Shown: positions 10,049 to 20,955 of the stretch, piece after piece
Numbering within the stretch: position 1 is the stretch's first letter
How the letters are laid out: the number at the start of each line of letters is the position of its first letter
Source of the DNA: an uncultured Bacilli bacterium
GTDB taxonomy: Bacteria; Bacillota_I; Bacilli_A; RF39; UBA660
Assembly: GCA_944371955.1 (NCBI GenBank)
Contig: CALVYB010000002.1
Span: forward strand, 1 to 51,440
DNA: 51,440 bases
Reading direction: 5' to 3'
Made by a program: the position numbers and the translations under genes
The notes under the pieces: model-generated
What the model was told of the DNA's origin: nothing
Databases searched by the model: none
The model's input: the letters and a program-made list of their open reading frames with translations, nothing else

Positions 10049-10579
10049 TTAAGCAGCTTTCTTTCCTTCTTTACGACGAACATGTTCGTCTTTATAACGA
10101 ATACCTTTACCTTTATATGGTTCAGGTTGTCTTACTTTTCTTACATTAGCAGCAAATTCTCCAACTAATACTTTATCAATACCTTTGATAGTGATTTCAG
10201 TATTCCCGTTAGCTTCTACTGTTAAACCTTCTGGAATTTCCATCTCTACTGGATGAGAATAACCAGCACTGATTACTAATTTTTTACCTTGAATATTGAA
10301 ACGATATCCGACACCAATAATCTCTAATCCTTTTTCAAAACCTTTTGTAACTCCTTCAATCATGTTGTGGATTAAAGCGTTCATTGTACCGTGCATCGCT
10401 TTAGCATTTTCGTTTTTACGTTCTAAAGTAATTTTGTTATCTTCTTGCTTCATTGTAATATCTTTTAACATTACTTGAGATAAAGTTCCTTTTGGTCCAG
10501 TTACTGTTACTGTATTATTTTCTTCAGTTACTGTAACACCTTCTGGAACAATAATTGTACGATTTCCTATACGGCTCAT
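10049..10579 (-). CDS. rplF: 50S ribosomal protein L6
   Basis: 176-aa ORF, '[17 protein letters not shown]'. Confidence 0.97.
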   Translation of the reverse strand: MSRIGNRTIIVPEGVTVTEENNTVTVTGPKGTLSQVMLKDITMKQEDNKITLERKNENAKAMHGTMNALIHNMIEGVTKGFEKGLEIIGVGYRFNIQGKKLVISAGYSHPVEMEIPEGLTVEANGNTEITIKGIDKVLVGEFAANVRKVRQPEPYKGKGIRYKDEHVRRKEGKKAA

Positions 10580-10605
10580 CTTGACACCTCCTTATATTTT
10601 CTTTA

Positions 10606-11004
10606 TTACCAAATATAAGCTAGAACTTCCCCACCTATATTTTCTTTACGTGCTTCTTTATCTGTCATAATTCCTTTAGATGTAGAAAGGATAGCGATTC
10701 CTAATCCATTTAATACTCTTGGAATTTCATTACTGTTAACATATACACGAAGACCTGGTTTAGAAATTCTTTTTAGCCCAGTGATAACTCTTTCTTTTTT
10801 ATCATACTTTAAAGTTACTAGAATTTTTCCTTGAGCATCTTCTTTTACAACTTTATAATCTTTGATAAATCCTTCATCTTTTAAAATTCTTGCAATTTCT
10901 TCTTTCATTTTTGATGCAGGTACTTCTACTTCTTCATAACGCATTTGATTAGCATTACGAATACGAGTTAGCATATCTGCAATTGTATCTGTTACTACTG
11001 CCAT
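10606..11004 (-). CDS. rpsH: 30S ribosomal protein S8
   Basis: 132-aa ORF, '[14 protein letters not shown]'. Confidence 0.97.
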   Translation of the reverse strand: MAVVTDTIADMLTRIRNANQMRYEEVEVPASKMKEEIARILKDEGFIKDYKVVKEDAQGKILVTLKYDKKERVITGLKRISKPGLRVYVNSNEIPRVLNGLGIAILSTSKGIMTDKEARKENIGGEVLAYIW

Positions 11005-11023
11005 TTAAATTCCTCCTTTCCAA

Positions 11024-11209
11024 TTACCAACTTGATTTTTTAAGTCCTGGTATTTGTCCTTTATAAGCTAATTCACGGAAGCAAATACGGCAGATTCCGA
11101 ATTTACTCATAACTGCGTGAGGTCTACCACAACGAGCACATCTAGTATATTCACGTACTTTAAACTTTTGTGGTCTATTAGCTTTTACTATCATACTTTT
11201 CTTTGCCAT
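11024..11209 (-). CDS. rpsN: 30S ribosomal protein S14, short zinc-binding type (type Z)
   Basis: 61-aa product from the ATG at 11209 (MAKKSMIVK...), containing CARCGRP...CRIC. The N-terminus in the ORF track is an upstream extension. Confidence 0.95.
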   Translation of the reverse strand: MAKKSMIVKANRPQKFKVREYTRCARCGRPHAVMSKFGICRICFRELAYKGQIPGLKKSSW

Positions 11210-11225
11210 AATATTCCTCCCATTT

Positions 11226-11765
11226 TTACTTTCTAAAAGGAATTCCAAGTCCATTTAATAAATCGAATGATTCTTCGTTAGTCTTTGCTGTTGTTACAAA
11301 TACGATGTCCATTCCACGTACTTTTACAACTTCATCATAATCAATTTCTGAAAAGATTAATTGTTCTTTAATTCCCATTGTATAGTTTCCTCTACCGTCG
11401 AAAGCTTTTGGACTAACTCCACGGAAATCTCTAACACTTGGTAAAGCAATTGCGATTAACTTATCCATAAAATTATACATGTTTTCTCCACGTAATGTAA
11501 CTTTACATCCGATAGCATGTCCTGCTCTTACCTTAAATCCAGCGATTGATTTTTTAGCGCGAGTTACTACTGGTTTTTGTCCAGAAATTTTTGCTAAATC
11601 AGCAACTGCTGCATCAATTAATTTTGAGTTAGATGTAGCATCACCTACACCGATATTAATAACAATCTTTTCTAACTTTGGAACTTCCATAATTGATTTA
11701 TAATTATATTTTTCTTTTAAACTTGGAACAACTTCATTTAAGTATTTCTCTTTTAGGCGGTTCAT
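11226..11765 (-). CDS. rplE: 50S ribosomal protein L5
   Basis: 179-aa ORF, '[16 protein letters not shown]'. Confidence 0.97.
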   Translation of the reverse strand: MNRLKEKYLNEVVPSLKEKYNYKSIMEVPKLEKIVINIGVGDATSNSKLIDAAVADLAKISGQKPVVTRAKKSIAGFKVRAGHAIGCKVTLRGENMYNFMDKLIAIALPSVRDFRGVSPKAFDGRGNYTMGIKEQLIFSEIDYDEVVKVRGMDIVFVTTAKTNEESFDLLNGLGIPFRK

Positions 11766-11782
11766 AGTTACCCTCCTTCCAA

Positions 11783-12094
11783 TTAATCAAGCTTCTCGTT
11801 TGATTTTTTTGTAATTCTAATTTTTTTACCTGTTTTTGTATCAGTTGTATGTCCGATTCTAGTTCCTTTTTTTGTTTTAGGATCAACGATCATAACATTT
11901 GATGCATGAATTGGTTTTTCTACTTCAATAATTCCACCATTTTCATTAGCTGTAGGTTTTTGATGTTTTTTTACTACATTAACACCTTCAACTACAACTT
12001 TGTTTTCGCTTCTTAATGTTTTAATAATTTTTCCTTCTTTACCTTTATCAGAACCAGCGATAACTACAACTTTATCTCCTACTTTAAAGTTCAT
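11783..12094 (-). CDS. rplX: 50S ribosomal protein L24
   Basis: 103-aa ORF with a KOW motif, '[16 protein letters not shown]'. Confidence 0.96.
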   Translation of the reverse strand: MNFKVGDKVVVIAGSDKGKEGKIIKTLRSENKVVVEGVNVVKKHQKPTANENGGIIEVEKPIHASNVMIVDPKTKKGTRIGHTTDTKTGKKIRITKKSNEKLD

Positions 12095-12109
12095 AATTTA
12101 TCCTCCTCA

Positions 12110-12478
12110 TTATAGTACTTCTTTTGCTAAAGAAACAATTTTCATGTAATCTTTATCACGAAGTTCTCTTGCGACTGGTCCAAAAATACGAGTACCTACT
12201 GGACTCTTGTCATCACGAATGATAACGCAAGCATTGTCATCGAACTTAATATATGATCCATCTTCACGACGAACGCCTTGACGACTACGAACGATAACTG
12301 CTTTTACAACTTTTCCTTTTGGCATAGGTGAGTTAGGAATTGCATTTTTTACTGTTCCAACTACCACATCACCAATGTTGCCTGTTTTTACTTTGCTTCC
12401 ACCTAGAACACGAATTACTAATAATTCACGTGCACCAGTATTGTCAGCAACTTTTAAACGACTTTCTTGTTGTAACAT
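12110..12478 (-). CDS. rplN: 50S ribosomal protein L14
   Basis: 122-aa ORF, '[16 protein letters not shown]'. Confidence 0.98.
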   Translation of the reverse strand: MLQQESRLKVADNTGARELLVIRVLGGSKVKTGNIGDVVVGTVKNAIPNSPMPKGKVVKAVIVRSRQGVRREDGSYIKFDDNACVIIRDDKSPVGTRIFGPVARELRDKDYMKIVSLAKEVL

Positions 12479-12512
12479 AGATTATTCCTCCTTCTTTCCA
12501 ATCATCTAAGCG

Positions 12513-12773
12513 TTAAATAATAACTGCTTCTTTTACTACTTCTTTTAAATAGAAATGCTTAGTTTTTGACATTGGTCTAGTTTCAGCTATACGAACTGTG
12601 TCTCCAACTTTAGCAACATTTTTTTCATCATGTACACTATATTTTTTAGAGCTTTTAACTCTTTTGTGATATAACGGATGGTTTTTATAAGTTTCAACTA
12701 AAACACTTATTGTCTTATCATTAGTTGCGCTAACTACTTTTCCAACTAATTCTCTTTTAATTTTCTTTTCCAT
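12513..12773 (-). CDS. rpsQ: 30S ribosomal protein S17
   Basis: 86-aa ORF in S10 operon order. Confidence 0.96.
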   Translation of the reverse strand: MEKKIKRELVGKVVSATNDKTISVLVETYKNHPLYHKRVKSSKKYSVHDEKNVAKVGDTVRIAETRPMSKTKHFYLKEVVKEAVII

Positions 12774-12784
12774 TATATAACCTC

Positions 12785-12979
12785 CTATTCGTTACTTTCA
12801 CGTTCTTTTAGAACAGTTTTCATTCTTGCAACGGTGTGTCTTAAATCTCTAATTCTAGAAGGTTTTTCAAGGTTTCCTGTAGCTTGTTGGAAACGTAAGT
12901 TAAATAGTTCTTGTTTTGCTTCGAATAATTTTGTATTGATTTCTTCAGTTGTTAATTCTCTAATCTCTTTAACCTTCAT
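12785..12979 (-). CDS. rpmC: 50S ribosomal protein L29
   Basis: '[14 protein letters not shown]...'. I prefer the ATG at 12979 because GGTGGTGA lies 5 nt upstream. This start overlaps the 3' end of rplP. Confidence 0.94.
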   Translation of the reverse strand: MKVKEIRELTTEEINTKLFEAKQELFNLRFQQATGNLEKPSRIRDLRHTVARMKTVLKERESNE

Positions 12980-13400
12980 TATTTTCACCACCATTTTCTT
13001 TCATTACAAATTTTGTTGCTATTGGTAGTTTGTGAGATGCTAAACGTAATGCTTCACGAGCAACTTCCTCACTAACTCCAGAAACTTCGAATAAAATTTT
13101 TCCTTCTTTTACAACAGCAACCCATCCTTCAACATTACCTTTACCTTTACCTTGTCTTGTACCGATTGGTTTTCTAGTAAGTGGCATATGTGGGAAGATA
13201 TTGATCCAAACTTTACCACCACGTTTCATGTAACGAGTCATAGCAATACGAGCAGCTTCGATTTGGTTAGCTGTAATCCAAGCTCCTTCTTTTGCTTGAA
13301 GACCATAATCTCCAAAACTTAATGTTCTGTTTCCACGTGATCTTCCTTCGTAAGGTAATCTATGAACACGACGATATTTAGTTCTTGACGGTATTAACAT
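12969..13400 (-). CDS. rplP: 50S ribosomal protein L16
   Basis: 143-aa ORF, '[14 protein letters not shown]'. Confidence 0.98.
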   Translation of the reverse strand: MLIPSRTKYRRVHRLPYEGRSRGNRTLSFGDYGLQAKEGAWITANQIEAARIAMTRYMKRGGKVWINIFPHMPLTRKPIGTRQGKGKGNVEGWVAVVKEGKILFEVSGVSEEVAREALRLASHKLPIATKFVMKENGGENNEG

Positions 13401-13401
13401 A

Positions 13402-14052
13402 TTAATTACCTCCCTTAGATTTCTTGTTTAGGATTTCTCCTTTATAGATCCAAACCTTTACACCAATCTTACCAAATGTTGTATCAGCTTCTGCTGTTGC
13501 ATAATCAACATCTGCTCTTAATGTATGTAGAGGAATAGTTCCTTCTGTGTATCCTTCGCTACGTGCCATATCAGCACCACCTAAACGACCAGATACTGAT
13601 GTTTTAATTCCTTTAGCTCCAGCTTTCATAGCATTTCTAATAGCACGTTTTTGAGCCATACGGAATGATGCTCTGTTAGTAATTTGGTTTGCAATAGAGT
13701 CTGCAACTAATTGAGCATTCATATCTGCTTTTTTAATATCAACGATTGAAATTTGAACGTTTTCATCAGCAATCTTTGATAGTTGTTTCTTTAACTTTTC
13801 TATTTCTTCTCCACCACGACCAATCATAACACCTGGTTTAGAAGTATGGATTACAACTTCACATCTTTTAGCAGTTCTTTCAATTTCAACTTTAGCAATG
13901 CCAGCATTTTTTAGATTTTTATCTAAATAATTACGAATAGCGATATCTTTAGATAAAACTTTTGAAAAATCCTTTTTGCTTGCATACCATTTTGCTTCCC
14001 AATCTTTGTTGATGCCAAGTCTAAGTCCATTAGGATTAACTTTTTGTCCCAT
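13402..14052 (-). CDS. rpsC: 30S ribosomal protein S3
   Basis: 216-aa ORF, '[13 protein letters not shown]'. Confidence 0.98.
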   Translation of the reverse strand: MGQKVNPNGLRLGINKDWEAKWYASKKDFSKVLSKDIAIRNYLDKNLKNAGIAKVEIERTAKRCEVVIHTSKPGVMIGRGGEEIEKLKKQLSKIADENVQISIVDIKKADMNAQLVADSIANQITNRASFRMAQKRAIRNAMKAGAKGIKTSVSGRLGGADMARSEGYTEGTIPLHTLRADVDYATAEADTTFGKIGVKVWIYKGEILNKKSKGGN

Positions 14053-14067
14053 AATTTAACCTCCTTA

Positions 14068-14403
14068 TTAGTTTTTTGTAGCCACTGCGATAATAATGTG
14101 ACTAGTTCTATGATCTCTATGTCCTATGTGAGAACGTGAATCAAAAAAGTGACGTTTCATAACAGGACCAGCATCTACTCTTGCTTCTTTTACATAAAGT
14201 GTAGCAGCATCTGCATTGTTATTATTAACTGCATTTGCAATAGCAGAATCTAAAACTTTTTTGATAAGTCTTGCTGACTTATTGGTTGTGTTTACTAAAA
14301 TGTTAGCTGCTTCTTGTACACTTTTACCACGAATCATGTCAATTGTTAAACGAGCTCTGATTGGTGATACTCTAAGACCTTTAGCAATTGCTCTTGCTTC
14401 CAT
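14068..14403 (-). CDS. rplV: 50S ribosomal protein L22
   Basis: 111-aa ORF in operon order. Confidence 0.97.
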   Translation of the reverse strand: MEARAIAKGLRVSPIRARLTIDMIRGKSVQEAANILVNTTNKSARLIKKVLDSAIANAVNNNNADAATLYVKEARVDAGPVMKRHFFDSRSHIGHRDHRTSHIIIAVATKN

Positions 14404-14429
14404 TTTTTTCCCTCCTAGTCATTTTTTAA

Positions 14430-14696
14430 TTATTTCTTGTCTGAACCATGTCCACCGAATTTACGAGTTAATGCAAATTCACCTAATTTATGTCCTACCA
14501 TGTCTTCAGTAACATATACTGGTATAAATTCTTTACCATTGTGAACGGCAAATGTATGTCCTATAAAATCAGGATAGATTGTGGAACGGCGTGACCATGT
14601 TTTAATGACTTCTTTTTTTCCAGATTTATTTAATTCTTGAACCTTTTTTAATAATCTATCGAATACATAAGGCCCTTTTTTTAAACTTCTTGCCAT
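14430..14696 (-). CDS. rpsS: 30S ribosomal protein S19
   Basis: 88-aa ORF, '[11 protein letters not shown]'. Confidence 0.98.
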   Translation of the reverse strand: MARSLKKGPYVFDRLLKKVQELNKSGKKEVIKTWSRRSTIYPDFIGHTFAVHNGKEFIPVYVTEDMVGHKLGEFALTRKFGGHGSDKK

Positions 14697-14713
14697 TATT
14701 TAATCATCCTTTC

Positions 14714-15544
14714 CTATTTACTATTACGACGACGTACGATGAATTTGTCTGATTGTTTCTTCTTACGTGTCTTTAATCCAAGTGCAGGTTTACCCCATGG
14801 AGTCATTGGTGCTTTACGTCCTACTGGAGCACGTCCTTCACCACCACCATGTGGATGGTCGTTAGGGTTCATAACAGAACCACGAACTGTTGGTCTAATT
14901 CCCATATGACGTTTGCGTCCTGCTTTACCTATTCTAACTAGTGAAGCATCTTCATTTCCAACTTCACCAACTGTTGCCATACATGTTCCTAAAACTTTTC
15001 TTTGTTCACCACTTGATAAACGAATCATTACATATTTACCTTCACGGCCAAGGATTTGTGCAGAGCTACCAGCAGATCTTGCTAATTCCCCACCCTTTCC
15101 TGGACGTAATTCAATATTATGAATCATTGTACCTACTGGGATATTCATGATTGGTAATGCATTACCAACTTTGATATCAGCATTTGCTCCGGCTTCAACT
15201 TTCATTCCAACTTCTAGTCCTTTTGGAGCGATGATATATCTTTTTTCACCATCTGCATAATTAATTAATGCGATGTTTGCTGTTCTATTTGGATCATATT
15301 CGATACTTGCTACTGTACCAGGTATCTCTAATTTGTTTCTCTTGAAATCAATGATACGATATTTTCTTTTTGCTCCGCCACCTTGATGACGAACAGTTAT
15401 CTTACCTTGATTATTACGTCCACTATTTTTCTTAATAGTAGTTAATAGAGATTTTTCAGGAGTACTTTTTGTAATTTCTCCATTTACTAAAGTACTCATT
15501 TTTCTACGACCTGGTGTAGTAGGTTTATATGTTTTAATTGCCAT
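14714..15544 (-). CDS. rplB: 50S ribosomal protein L2
   Basis: 276-aa ORF, '[14 protein letters not shown]' and '[12 protein letters not shown]'. Confidence 0.98.
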   Translation of the reverse strand: MAIKTYKPTTPGRRKMSTLVNGEITKSTPEKSLLTTIKKNSGRNNQGKITVRHQGGGAKRKYRIIDFKRNKLEIPGTVASIEYDPNRTANIALINYADGEKRYIIAPKGLEVGMKVEAGANADIKVGNALPIMNIPVGTMIHNIELRPGKGGELARSAGSSAQILGREGKYVMIRLSSGEQRKVLGTCMATVGEVGNEDASLVRIGKAGRKRHMGIRPTVRGSVMNPNDHPHGGGEGRAPVGRKAPMTPWGKPALGLKTRKKKQSDKFIVRRRNSK

Positions 15545-15560
15545 AATTTATTTCCTCCTT

Positions 15561-15845
15561 CTAACCAAGATCAATTGTTTGTCCTTCAGCTAAAGTAACA
15601 ATTGCTTTTTTTGTACGATTCGTTAATCCTGTATAACGACCAACTCTTCTCTTTTTAGGTTTTACATTAAGTGTTCTGATTGATGTAACCTTAACATTAA
15701 AGATTTTTTCAATTGCGTTTTTAATTTCAATTTTGTTAGCTCTTGGATCAACTTTGAATGTATATTTTCCATTTTCTTTATCAGCCATTGATTTTTCAGT
15801 AATAACTGGTGCCTTGATAATTTCTAAATATTTAGTGTCTCTCAT
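15561..15845 (-). CDS. rplW: 50S ribosomal protein L23
   Basis: 94-aa ORF in operon order. Confidence 0.96.
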   Translation of the reverse strand: MRDTKYLEIIKAPVITEKSMADKENGKYTFKVDPRANKIEIKNAIEKIFNVKVTSIRTLNVKPKKRRVGRYTGLTNRTKKAIVTLAEGQTIDLG

Positions 15846-16471
15846 TATTTAAGCACCTCCTCTACAGCGTTTAACGCATCTTGTGTAAATACTACTACGT
15901 TTGTACCCACAACATCTAATACATTGATTTCATTTGCTGAAATTAGCACTACATTTTGTAAGTTTCTTGATGCTAAAATCATATTATCATCAAATTCTTT
16001 TACTACTAATAATACTTTTTTATCAGCAATTTTTAATGTTTCTAATAAAGCTTTCATATCTTTTGTCTTAGGTGTTGCTAAACTTAAGTTTTCTAATACG
16101 ATTACTCCATTTTCTTGTGCTTTATAAGCTAAAGCTGACTTAATAGCAAGTCTTCTTTCTTTACGATTTTGTTTTTTACTGTAATCTCTTGGTACTGGAG
16201 TTCCATATCTTCCTCCACCTACCCATTGTACAGATCTGATAGAACCTTGACGTGCACGTCCAGTTCCTTTTTGTCTCCATGGCTTTCTTCCGCCACCACT
16301 TACTTCACTTCTATTCTTAGTACTGTGTGTTCCTTGTCTTAATGATGCTCTTGATAAAATGATTGCATCATATAAAACATTTTTATTTGGTTCAATACCA
16401 AATACATTTTCATTCAAGTTAATGTCCTTTACTTTTTCACCTTTTAGATTTAAAAGTTCTACTTTTTTCAT
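15845..16471 (-). CDS. rplD: 50S ribosomal protein L4
   Basis: 208-aa ORF, '[16 protein letters not shown]'. Confidence 0.97.
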   Translation of the reverse strand: MKKVELLNLKGEKVKDINLNENVFGIEPNKNVLYDAIILSRASLRQGTHSTKNRSEVSGGGRKPWRQKGTGRARQGSIRSVQWVGGGRYGTPVPRDYSKKQNRKERRLAIKSALAYKAQENGVIVLENLSLATPKTKDMKALLETLKIADKKVLLVVKEFDDNMILASRNLQNVVLISANEINVLDVVGTNVVVFTQDALNAVEEVLK

Positions 16472-16542
16472 CTACGATTCCTCCTTTCATCACATTTCAT
16501 TATTATATTTATTTTCATTTTTAATTTGTTCCTGTGATGATT

Positions 16543-17271
16543 TTATTCTGCTGTTTCTTCTGCAGGTGTGTTTGCTTCTGTATTAGTTTCAACTTCAGCT
16601 TTTGGAGCTTCATATGAAACTAAGTCAGCAGCTTCTTTTTTAACATTTGGTTTTTTAACCGCAGTACGAATCATAACTAATGATTTCTTTGGACCTGGAA
16701 CATTACCTTTTACTAAGATTACATTGTTTTCAGTATCTACTGAAATAATTTCTAGATTTTGAACAGTTCTTGCTACATTACCCATTTGTCCAGGCATTTT
16801 CTTACCTTTCAAAACGTGCATTGGTAACATAGTACCTAATGAACCTACACCTCTGTGGTATTGAGAACCATGACCCATAGGTCCACGGCTTTGGTTATGA
16901 CGTTTAATAACACCTTGGAATCCTTTACCTTTACTGATTCCGCTTACGTCAACCATTTCTCCTTCTTCGAAGATATTAACATTAATTACTTGTCCTAATG
17001 TATAATCTTCTATATTTACTCCTCTAATTTCTCTTAAGAAGCGCTTAGGTTCAGTTCCAGCTTTCTTAGTATGACCGATTGCTGGTTTGTTTGATAATTT
17101 TTCTCTGATAGTGTCAGTCGCAATTTGAATTGCATCATAACCATCATTTGCTACTGTTTTAATTTGAGTTACAACATTTGGTTCAACTTCAATTACAGTA
17201 ACTGGAATTAACTTTCCGTTCTTAGTGAACACTTGAGTCATTCCGACTTTTTTACCTAAGATTCCTTTCAT
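16543..17271 (-). CDS. rplC: 50S ribosomal protein L3, with a roughly 25-aa acidic/Thr-rich C-terminal tail
   Basis: 242-aa ORF, '[15 protein letters not shown]'. The tail reads '[22 protein letters not shown]'. Confidence 0.97.
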   Translation of the reverse strand: MKGILGKKVGMTQVFTKNGKLIPVTVIEVEPNVVTQIKTVANDGYDAIQIATDTIREKLSNKPAIGHTKKAGTEPKRFLREIRGVNIEDYTLGQVINVNIFEEGEMVDVSGISKGKGFQGVIKRHNQSRGPMGHGSQYHRGVGSLGTMLPMHVLKGKKMPGQMGNVARTVQNLEIISVDTENNVILVKGNVPGPKKSLVMIRTAVKKPNVKKEAADLVSYEAPKAEVETNTEANTPAEETAE

Positions 17272-17286
17272 TATTGTTTCCTCCTA

Positions 17287-17598
17287 TTATTTTGTTTTGA
17301 TTTCAATATCAACCCCGCTAGGTAAATCTAAATGAGCTAACGCATCAATAGTTTCCTTGCTAGGATTTTTGATATCAATAAGTCTCTTATGCGTACGCAT
17401 TTCGAATTGTTCACGTGAATCTTTATATTTATGAACAGCTCTTAAAATTGTAAATTTTTCGATTTCAGTTGGAAGTGGTACTGGACCAGAAATTTCTCCA
17501 CCTGATCTTTTGATTGTTTCAACAATTTTAGTTACTGCATTATCAAGAATTCTGTGATCATATGATTTTAATCTAATGCGAACTTTTGATGTTGACAT
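17287..17598 (-). CDS. rpsJ: 30S ribosomal protein S10
   Basis: 103-aa ORF, first gene of the S10 operon. Confidence 0.98.
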   Translation of the reverse strand: MSTSKVRIRLKSYDHRILDNAVTKIVETIKRSGGEISGPVPLPTEIEKFTILRAVHKYKDSREQFEMRTHKRLIDIKNPSKETIDALAHLDLPSGVDIEIKTK

Positions 17599-17716
17599 TA
17601 AAAATCCTCCCTTCGCCTATATCTAGTATAGACTTGCTCCGTGCAAATACCCCGTACACCAAATTAGCAACTTAACCTGGTGTATCGACAACCTCGCACA
17701 TCTAAGCAGTCACACG
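17599..17716 (-). promoter_or_regulatory. Structured, comparatively GC-rich 5' UTR of the S10 operon
   Basis: Lies between the predicted transcription start and the rpsJ ATG. Contains a perfect 7-bp hairpin (tacacca/tggtgta) and further pairings. It stands out from the flanking AT-rich DNA. Confidence 0.5.
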
Positions 17717-17722
17717 TAATTG

Positions 17723-17751
17723 ATTATAGCAAGGAATATCAACAAATGCAA
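17723..17751 (-). promoter_or_regulatory. Sigma-A type promoter of the S10 operon (TTGCAT-17 nt-TATAAT)
   Basis: On the minus strand, TTGCAT is at 17751..17746 and TATAAT at 17728..17723, with a 17-nt spacer and an A/T-rich UP-like tract upstream. Confidence 0.75.
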
Positions 17752-17798
17752 GCATTTTTTTGTATATTTTTTTATTTTTAAACAAAAAAAAGAATTTT

Positions 17799-19025
17799 TC
17801 AATCCTTTAAATTTCTTTTTGATTTTGGGTTCCCTATAATTTTTAGTGATGCTGGTGCAACAATTGATTTACCGAACTTTTGATTAATATCATCAATAGT
17901 TTTTTGAATTTCTTCTTCTTTTTCTTCTTCCATGGCGTTTTCTTCAAATAATGTCAGTTGTCGTTCTTTTGTTTCTTGCAAATCTGCTAATCTTACTCCA
18001 ATTAAACGAATTGGATCTTTTTTATAACTTTTATTAAAAATTTCTATTACTAGCTTATAAATCTCTTTTGTGCTATTTGTAGGGTGCGATAATTTGGATT
18101 GAGCAGAATAATTTCTGAAGTTATTATTCTTATAAATAACCGCTACTGTTTTTGCATACTGTTTTTGTTTTCTTAATTCTCTAGTTACATCTTCTGTTTG
18201 CCTAAATAAAATTTCTTTTAATTTTTCCTCATCTGTATAATCATGAATCAGTGTTTCTGTTGTAGAAATGCTAGTTGTCTTACTACTTCTTGGCTCTACT
18301 CTTGTATTATCTATTCCCCAAGCTGCTTCTTTTAAATATCTGGCTTGATTTTTGAATTGTCTTTCTAATATTTTGTCACTAGCCATAGCTAAATCTTTTA
18401 TAGTGAAAATATTAAGTTTATTTAACTCTTCTGTTGTTCTTTTCCCCACCATAAATAAATCTCCAACATTTAATGGCCAAAGTTTTTTTTCGATTTCATC
18501 TTTTAATAGGGTATGCACTTTATCTGGTTTTTCAAAGTCAGAAGCCATTTTGGCACATAATTTATTATTCCCAATACCTACATTTACTGTAAAACCAAAG
18601 TTTTCTTTAACTTCTTCCTTTATTTTCATCGCTAATTGATAGTAATCCTTATATAAGTAATTTGTTCCGGTCATATCAATAAAACATTCATCAATTGAGA
18701 ATTTTTCTAATACTGGAGAATATTTAGATAAATATTCAAAAAGTCTTTTTGATTGTTCATAATACCAACGGTAATTAGGGGGAAAAACCTTCAAATTCGG
18801 ACATTTCTTCTTCGCTTGATAAATAGTTTCCGCTGTTTTTACCCCATATTTTTTAGCTACTGGCGACTTAGCTAATACAATCCCTCTTCTTTCGCTTTCA
18901 GAACCACCAATTATTGCGGGTATTTTTCTTATATCTATCTTATACCCTTGTTTTAATAAAAGGACCGCGGTCCATGATAAAAAAGCATTATTTACGTCCA
19001 CATGAAAAATTAATCTTTCCTTCAT
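17799..19025 (-). CDS. dinB: Y-family DNA polymerase IV
   Basis: 408-aa ORF, 'IFHVDVNNAFLSW', 'SIDECFIDMTG'. Little-finger domain at the C-terminus. Confidence 0.9.
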   Translation of the reverse strand: MKERLIFHVDVNNAFLSWTAVLLLKQGYKIDIRKIPAIIGGSESERRGIVLAKSPVAKKYGVKTAETIYQAKKKCPNLKVFPPNYRWYYEQSKRLFEYLSKYSPVLEKFSIDECFIDMTGTNYLYKDYYQLAMKIKEEVKENFGFTVNVGIGNNKLCAKMASDFEKPDKVHTLLKDEIEKKLWPLNVGDLFMVGKRTTEELNKLNIFTIKDLAMASDKILERQFKNQARYLKEAAWGIDNTRVEPRSSKTTSISTTETLIHDYTDEEKLKEILFRQTEDVTRELRKQKQYAKTVAVIYKNNNFRNYSAQSKLSHPTNSTKEIYKLVIEIFNKSYKKDPIRLIGVRLADLQETKERQLTLFEENAMEEEKEEEIQKTIDDINQKFGKSIVAPASLKIIGNPKSKRNLKD

Positions 19026-19076
19026 ATTTTCCTCACTTTTATTCTTATTATAATAGAGTTTTTCTAGTCAGGCAAT

Positions 19077-19090
19077 CGAACAAATGCGTT
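19077..19090 (+). promoter_or_regulatory. Cheo/LexA-box-like site CGAACAAATGCGTT in the dinB/XRE divergent intergenic region
   Basis: Perfect CGAAC half site, with a degenerate second half. The 10-mer CGAACAAATG is shared exactly with two other intergenic sites. Confidence 0.4.
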
Positions 19091-19138
19091 TTTAGAATAT
19101 TAATTTAAAAATCGAGCACACTAATCCTAGGTGAGGTT

Positions 19139-19420
19139 ATGAATATAAAAGAAAGAAAATTATGTGAGATGTACTTTAAAAAAATGGTTATTGAACGCAT
19201 TAGAGACGCACGTATTGCTAAGGGCTGGACACAAGCTGAACTAGCTGAGGCTATTGACGTTTCACATGAGTTTATCCGTTCTATAGAGTCTTTTTCCGGA
19301 AAAAAAACAATTTCTCTCTACACAGTCTGGAGAATTGCAAAGGCTTTAAATATTAGTCTAGACATTTTATTAGACTTTGATTTCAAACTTTTTGATCATA
19401 TCATAGAAAAACAATGCTAG
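19139..19420 (+). CDS. Small XRE-family helix-turn-helix transcriptional regulator
   Basis: 93-aa ORF, 'GWTQAELAEAIDVSHEFIRSIE'. GGTGAGG RBS. Confidence 0.85.
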   Translation: MNIKERKLCEMYFKKMVIERIRDARIAKGWTQAELAEAIDVSHEFIRSIESFSGKKTISLYTVWRIAKALNISLDILLDFDFKLFDHIIEKQC

Positions 19421-19440
19421 AAAAAATCTTAGCATTGTTT
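19409..19440. terminator. Bidirectional intrinsic terminator between the XRE gene and gpmI
   Basis: 11-bp stem aaacaatgcta/tagcattgttt flanked by A and T runs. Confidence 0.7.
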
Positions 19441-20943
19441 TTATTTTTCAATTAAACTTTCTCCTGTCATTTCAACCGGTTTTTCTAAATTCATTAAGTC
19501 TAGGATAGTTGGAGCAATATCTCCTAATTTTCCTTCGTGAAGTTTGATATCTTTTTTTGTAATTATAAAAGGTACAGGGTTAGTTGTATGGGATGTGACT
19601 ATATTATCATTATCATCTAACATTTCTTCACAATTACCATGATCTGCAGTAACAATTAAAATACCACCTAATTCCATTACTTTGTCATAAATTAGTTTTA
19701 AATTTTTGTCTACTGTTTCTACAGCTTTAATGGCTGCTTCTAATACACCAGTATGCCCTACCATATCACCATTAGCAAAATTTAAGATTACCAAATCTGT
19801 ATTTCCTAATTCTGTTAATAAATTTTCTGTAACTTCGTTAGCACTCATCTCTGGTTTTAAGTCATAAGTTGCTACTTTAGGAGAAGGTATTAAAATTTTC
19901 TTTTCATTTCTGTAATCAATTTCTTTTCCCCCATCAAAGAAGAAAGTTACATGAGCATATTTTTCTGTTTCTGCAATTCGTAACTGTGATAAATTTTGTT
20001 TTTCAATGTATTCTCCTAAAATATTTGTCAATACTGGATCGCTAAAAGCGTGAGGTGCTTTTACAGACTCAACTACGGGCATCATTGTTAATGTCTTTAA
20101 ATTATTGAAAGTTACAGTTTCCATTTCAACAGCGGTTGGATTAGTTATTGCTGTCATTAATTCACGTAATCTATCTTTTCTAAAATTAAATGCTATAACC
20201 CCATCATTTTCCTCTATGTTGCCTTGTTCTGTAAACTTAGCTGGTAAGAAAAATTCATCAATAATTTCTTCTTTATAACTTTTTTCAATGTATTGTTTAG
20301 GAGAATCATTTACTTCTCCTTTATTATTTACAATAACATCATAAGCTTTTATTAATCTATCATAGTTATTATCTCTATCCATAGCATAATATCTTCCTGA
20401 AATAGAAGCTATTTGTCCAAAGCCTAATTCTTTTAATTTTTCTTCTACTTTTTCTATGTAAGTATAAGCACTTTTTGGAGGTACATCTCTTCCGTCTGTA
20501 AATAAATGAAGATATACATTATTTATTCCTTCTAATTTGCACATATCTAATAAAGCAAGTAGATGATTTATGTGCGAATGTACTCCCCCGTCACTTACAA
20601 GTCCCATTAAATGTAATTTTGAAGCATTTTTCTTAACATGATTCATTACTTCTTTAATTTCTTCATTTTGAAAGAACTCTTTATCTTCAATTGATTTATT
20701 AATCATTTCTAATGGCTGGTAAACTATTCTACCAGCGCCTATATTCATATGTCCAACTTCACTATTACCCATTTGTCCTTTGGGTAGACCCACTAACTGT
20801 CCAGATGCTGTTAGTGTGGTGTGTGGGTAATTATTCCACAATTCAGTAAATATCGGATTTTTCGCTAAAGCCACTGCATTTCCATGCGTTTCTTTTCTTA
20901 GTCCATATCCGTCTAGTATTGCAAGTACTATTGGTTTTTTCAT
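19441..20943 (-). CDS. gpmI: 2,3-bisphosphoglycerate-independent phosphoglycerate mutase
   Basis: 500-aa ORF, 'ILDGYG', 'GNSEVGHMNIGAGR', 'ADHGN'. Confidence 0.95.
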   Translation of the reverse strand: MKKPIVLAILDGYGLRKETHGNAVALAKNPIFTELWNNYPHTTLTASGQLVGLPKGQMGNSEVGHMNIGAGRIVYQPLEMINKSIEDKEFFQNEEIKEVMNHVKKNASKLHLMGLVSDGGVHSHINHLLALLDMCKLEGINNVYLHLFTDGRDVPPKSAYTYIEKVEEKLKELGFGQIASISGRYYAMDRDNNYDRLIKAYDVIVNNKGEVNDSPKQYIEKSYKEEIIDEFFLPAKFTEQGNIEENDGVIAFNFRKDRLRELMTAITNPTAVEMETVTFNNLKTLTMMPVVESVKAPHAFSDPVLTNILGEYIEKQNLSQLRIAETEKYAHVTFFFDGGKEIDYRNEKKILIPSPKVATYDLKPEMSANEVTENLLTELGNTDLVILNFANGDMVGHTGVLEAAIKAVETVDKNLKLIYDKVMELGGILIVTADHGNCEEMLDDNDNIVTSHTTNPVPFIITKKDIKLHEGKLGDIAPTILDLMNLEKPVEMTGESLIEK

Positions 20944-20955
20944 TTTATCGTCTCC

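Noticed and set aside
16487-16540. 8-bp inverted repeat tcatcaca...tgtgatga spanning the rplC-rplD spacer.
   Set aside because: The loop is about 38 nt of A/T-rich sequence, so the structure would be weak. It lies inside a constitutively co-transcribed operon. It may be a minor processing or pausing element, but the evidence is insufficient.
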